Below are positions 62,696 to 64,000 of a stretch of 64,000 nucleotides of DNA, in pieces (position 1 is the first letter of the stretch; each line of letters starts with the position of its first letter). Under the pieces are notes generated by a model that was given only the letters and a program-made list of their open reading frames with translations, was not told where the DNA came from and ran no database searches. Origin of the DNA: Scenedesmus sp. PABB004 (taxonomy: Eukaryota); the NCBI GenBank assembly GCA_014905635.1, contig JABVCE010000012.1:930001-994000 (forward strand), in the 5' to 3' direction. Made by a program: the position numbers and the translations under genes.

Positions 62696-64000
62696 TCAGC
62701 GCACGTGCTCGTGGGGCTGCAATCCCTGCTGTTGTTGCTCCAGCGGCTGCTGCTGCTGCTGCTCCTGCTGCGCTCCCGGCGGCGCGGGCAGCGCCGCCAC
62801 CGGCTGCCGCCGCGCCGCGAGCGCGGCCGCGAGGCGGCGCCGCGCCGCAGCGCCGCGCGCGAGCACGGCACGCACCGCGACCGCGAGCAGGCGGTAACCC
62901 CGCGCCGAGCACGCCTCCGCGGCGAACAGGCGCCACGCGCAGCGCCGCAGCAGCGCGGCGCAGTGCGCCGCCGCCGCGAGCCGGCCCGCGCCGAGCAGCG
63001 GCAGGAACACGGCCTGCGCGGCGGCCGCGGCAGGCGGCGGCGGCGCTCGCGCGTCAGAGCGCGCGCAGCAGCAGCGGCGCGCAGCAGCAGCGCGCCGCCC
63101 GCCCGCCGCGGCCCGCGCCGTCCCGTGCCTGCGCAATCACGCCGCCGACCGTCGCGCCGAGGGCCATGCCCGCAAACGCGTCCGCGTTGGGCGGCGCGGG
63201 CGTGAGGGCCATGAGGCTCGTGTACCACCACACCTGCACCATCGTCGCGCTGTCAAAGCGCTCGCGAATGGCGGCGAGGACCTCGGGGCTGGGCGGCTGC
63301 GCGCGGGGGGTGCGGTCGGCGGCCGGTGGGTCGCGGCGCGCCGCAGAGCGCGCAGAGCACGCGCGCGCCGCGCCCACCTGCCGCGCGCCGCCCAGCGGCA
63401 GCGTCACCGACAGGTGCCGCAGCGACTGCGCCGCCGGCGGGCGCTGCGGCGCGGCCGGCGGCGCCGGCGGCCGGCGCTGCGGCGGCGCCAGCAGCCGCGG
63501 CGGCGGCGCCAGCAGCCGCGGCGGCGGCGGCGGCGGCGCGGCGCTCTGTACCGCAGCTATGCTGCGGTACGTCGCCAGCGCCCTCAGCAGGCCGCTGGCC
63601 GCCACGTAGGCCCGCCACGCGCCGTGCAGGAGCGCAGCGATGGTGTACGGGTCGGCGAGCAGCGCCGGGACGAGCACCAGCGCGCCGCCCTCGCCCGGGC
63701 CGCCGCCGCCGGACGCGGCGAGGCCGGCCGTGTCGTAGCGCGCCTGGCAGACCTCGCAGCGAATCGCGCGCCGCGGGCGGCCCTGCTCGCGCGTGACCTG
63801 CAGCCAGTGCTGCGCGGGCGCGGCGGCCGCGGCGGGCGCGTCGGCGGGCCGTCAGTGTCCCATGCGTGCGGGCCGCTGCGCCGCCGCCGCTGTCGCCGCG
63901 CGGGCTGGCAGCGCGCCGGTGGTGGGCGCCGGGCAGCCTGGTGGCGGCGCCGGACCTGCAGGCACGCGACATGGATGTACGCCATGCTCCCCTTGCACTT
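62696..64000 (-). CDS. RING-CH (RING-variant, MARCH-like) membrane E3 ligase, 3' part; 5' end beyond the window
   Basis: KCKGSMAYIHVACLQ|HWLQ...CEVCQARY followed by hydrophobic segments and a Q-rich end. Confidence 0.8.

Overview
Eukaryotic nuclear DNA, extremely GC-rich (about 80% by eye, not computed), gene-dense and full of short spliceosomal introns. TGTAA poly(A) signals, TTTAGGG-type motifs and the gene content point to a chlorophycean green alga; a Sphaeropleales-like identity is an inference. Most long ORFs in the supplied track are GC shadow frames, so genes were rebuilt by hand from exons with conserved motifs. Twenty protein-coding genes were found: MscS/MSL1-like (partial), D-threonine aldolase-like, CRTISO-like oxidoreductase, TMF/golgin, ERCC6L2/Switch2 SNF2 helicase, a BNR beta-propeller, secreted GH1 beta-glucosidase, LSm5, an FGGY kinase-RPE fusion, F-box/ankyrin, a putative plastid AT-hook protein, DMC1, poly(A) polymerase, TVP38/VTT, an RS-domain protein, CSC1/OSCA, RING-CH E3 (partial) and three hypotheticals. 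Main observations: (1) a very high frequency of GC-AG introns (about 22 traced); (2) an AT-rich near-perfect foldback at 61.9-62.1 kb that directly abuts a ~450-bp segment present in inverted orientation 24 kb away; (3) a ~1.15-1.2 kb tandem duplication with no recognisable gene; (4) the kinase-epimerase fusion; (5) telomere-like motifs inside introns, and a DMC1 intron whose 3' end copies the upstream exon end. CDS coordinates are gene spans including introns; exon boundaries are manual and unverified.
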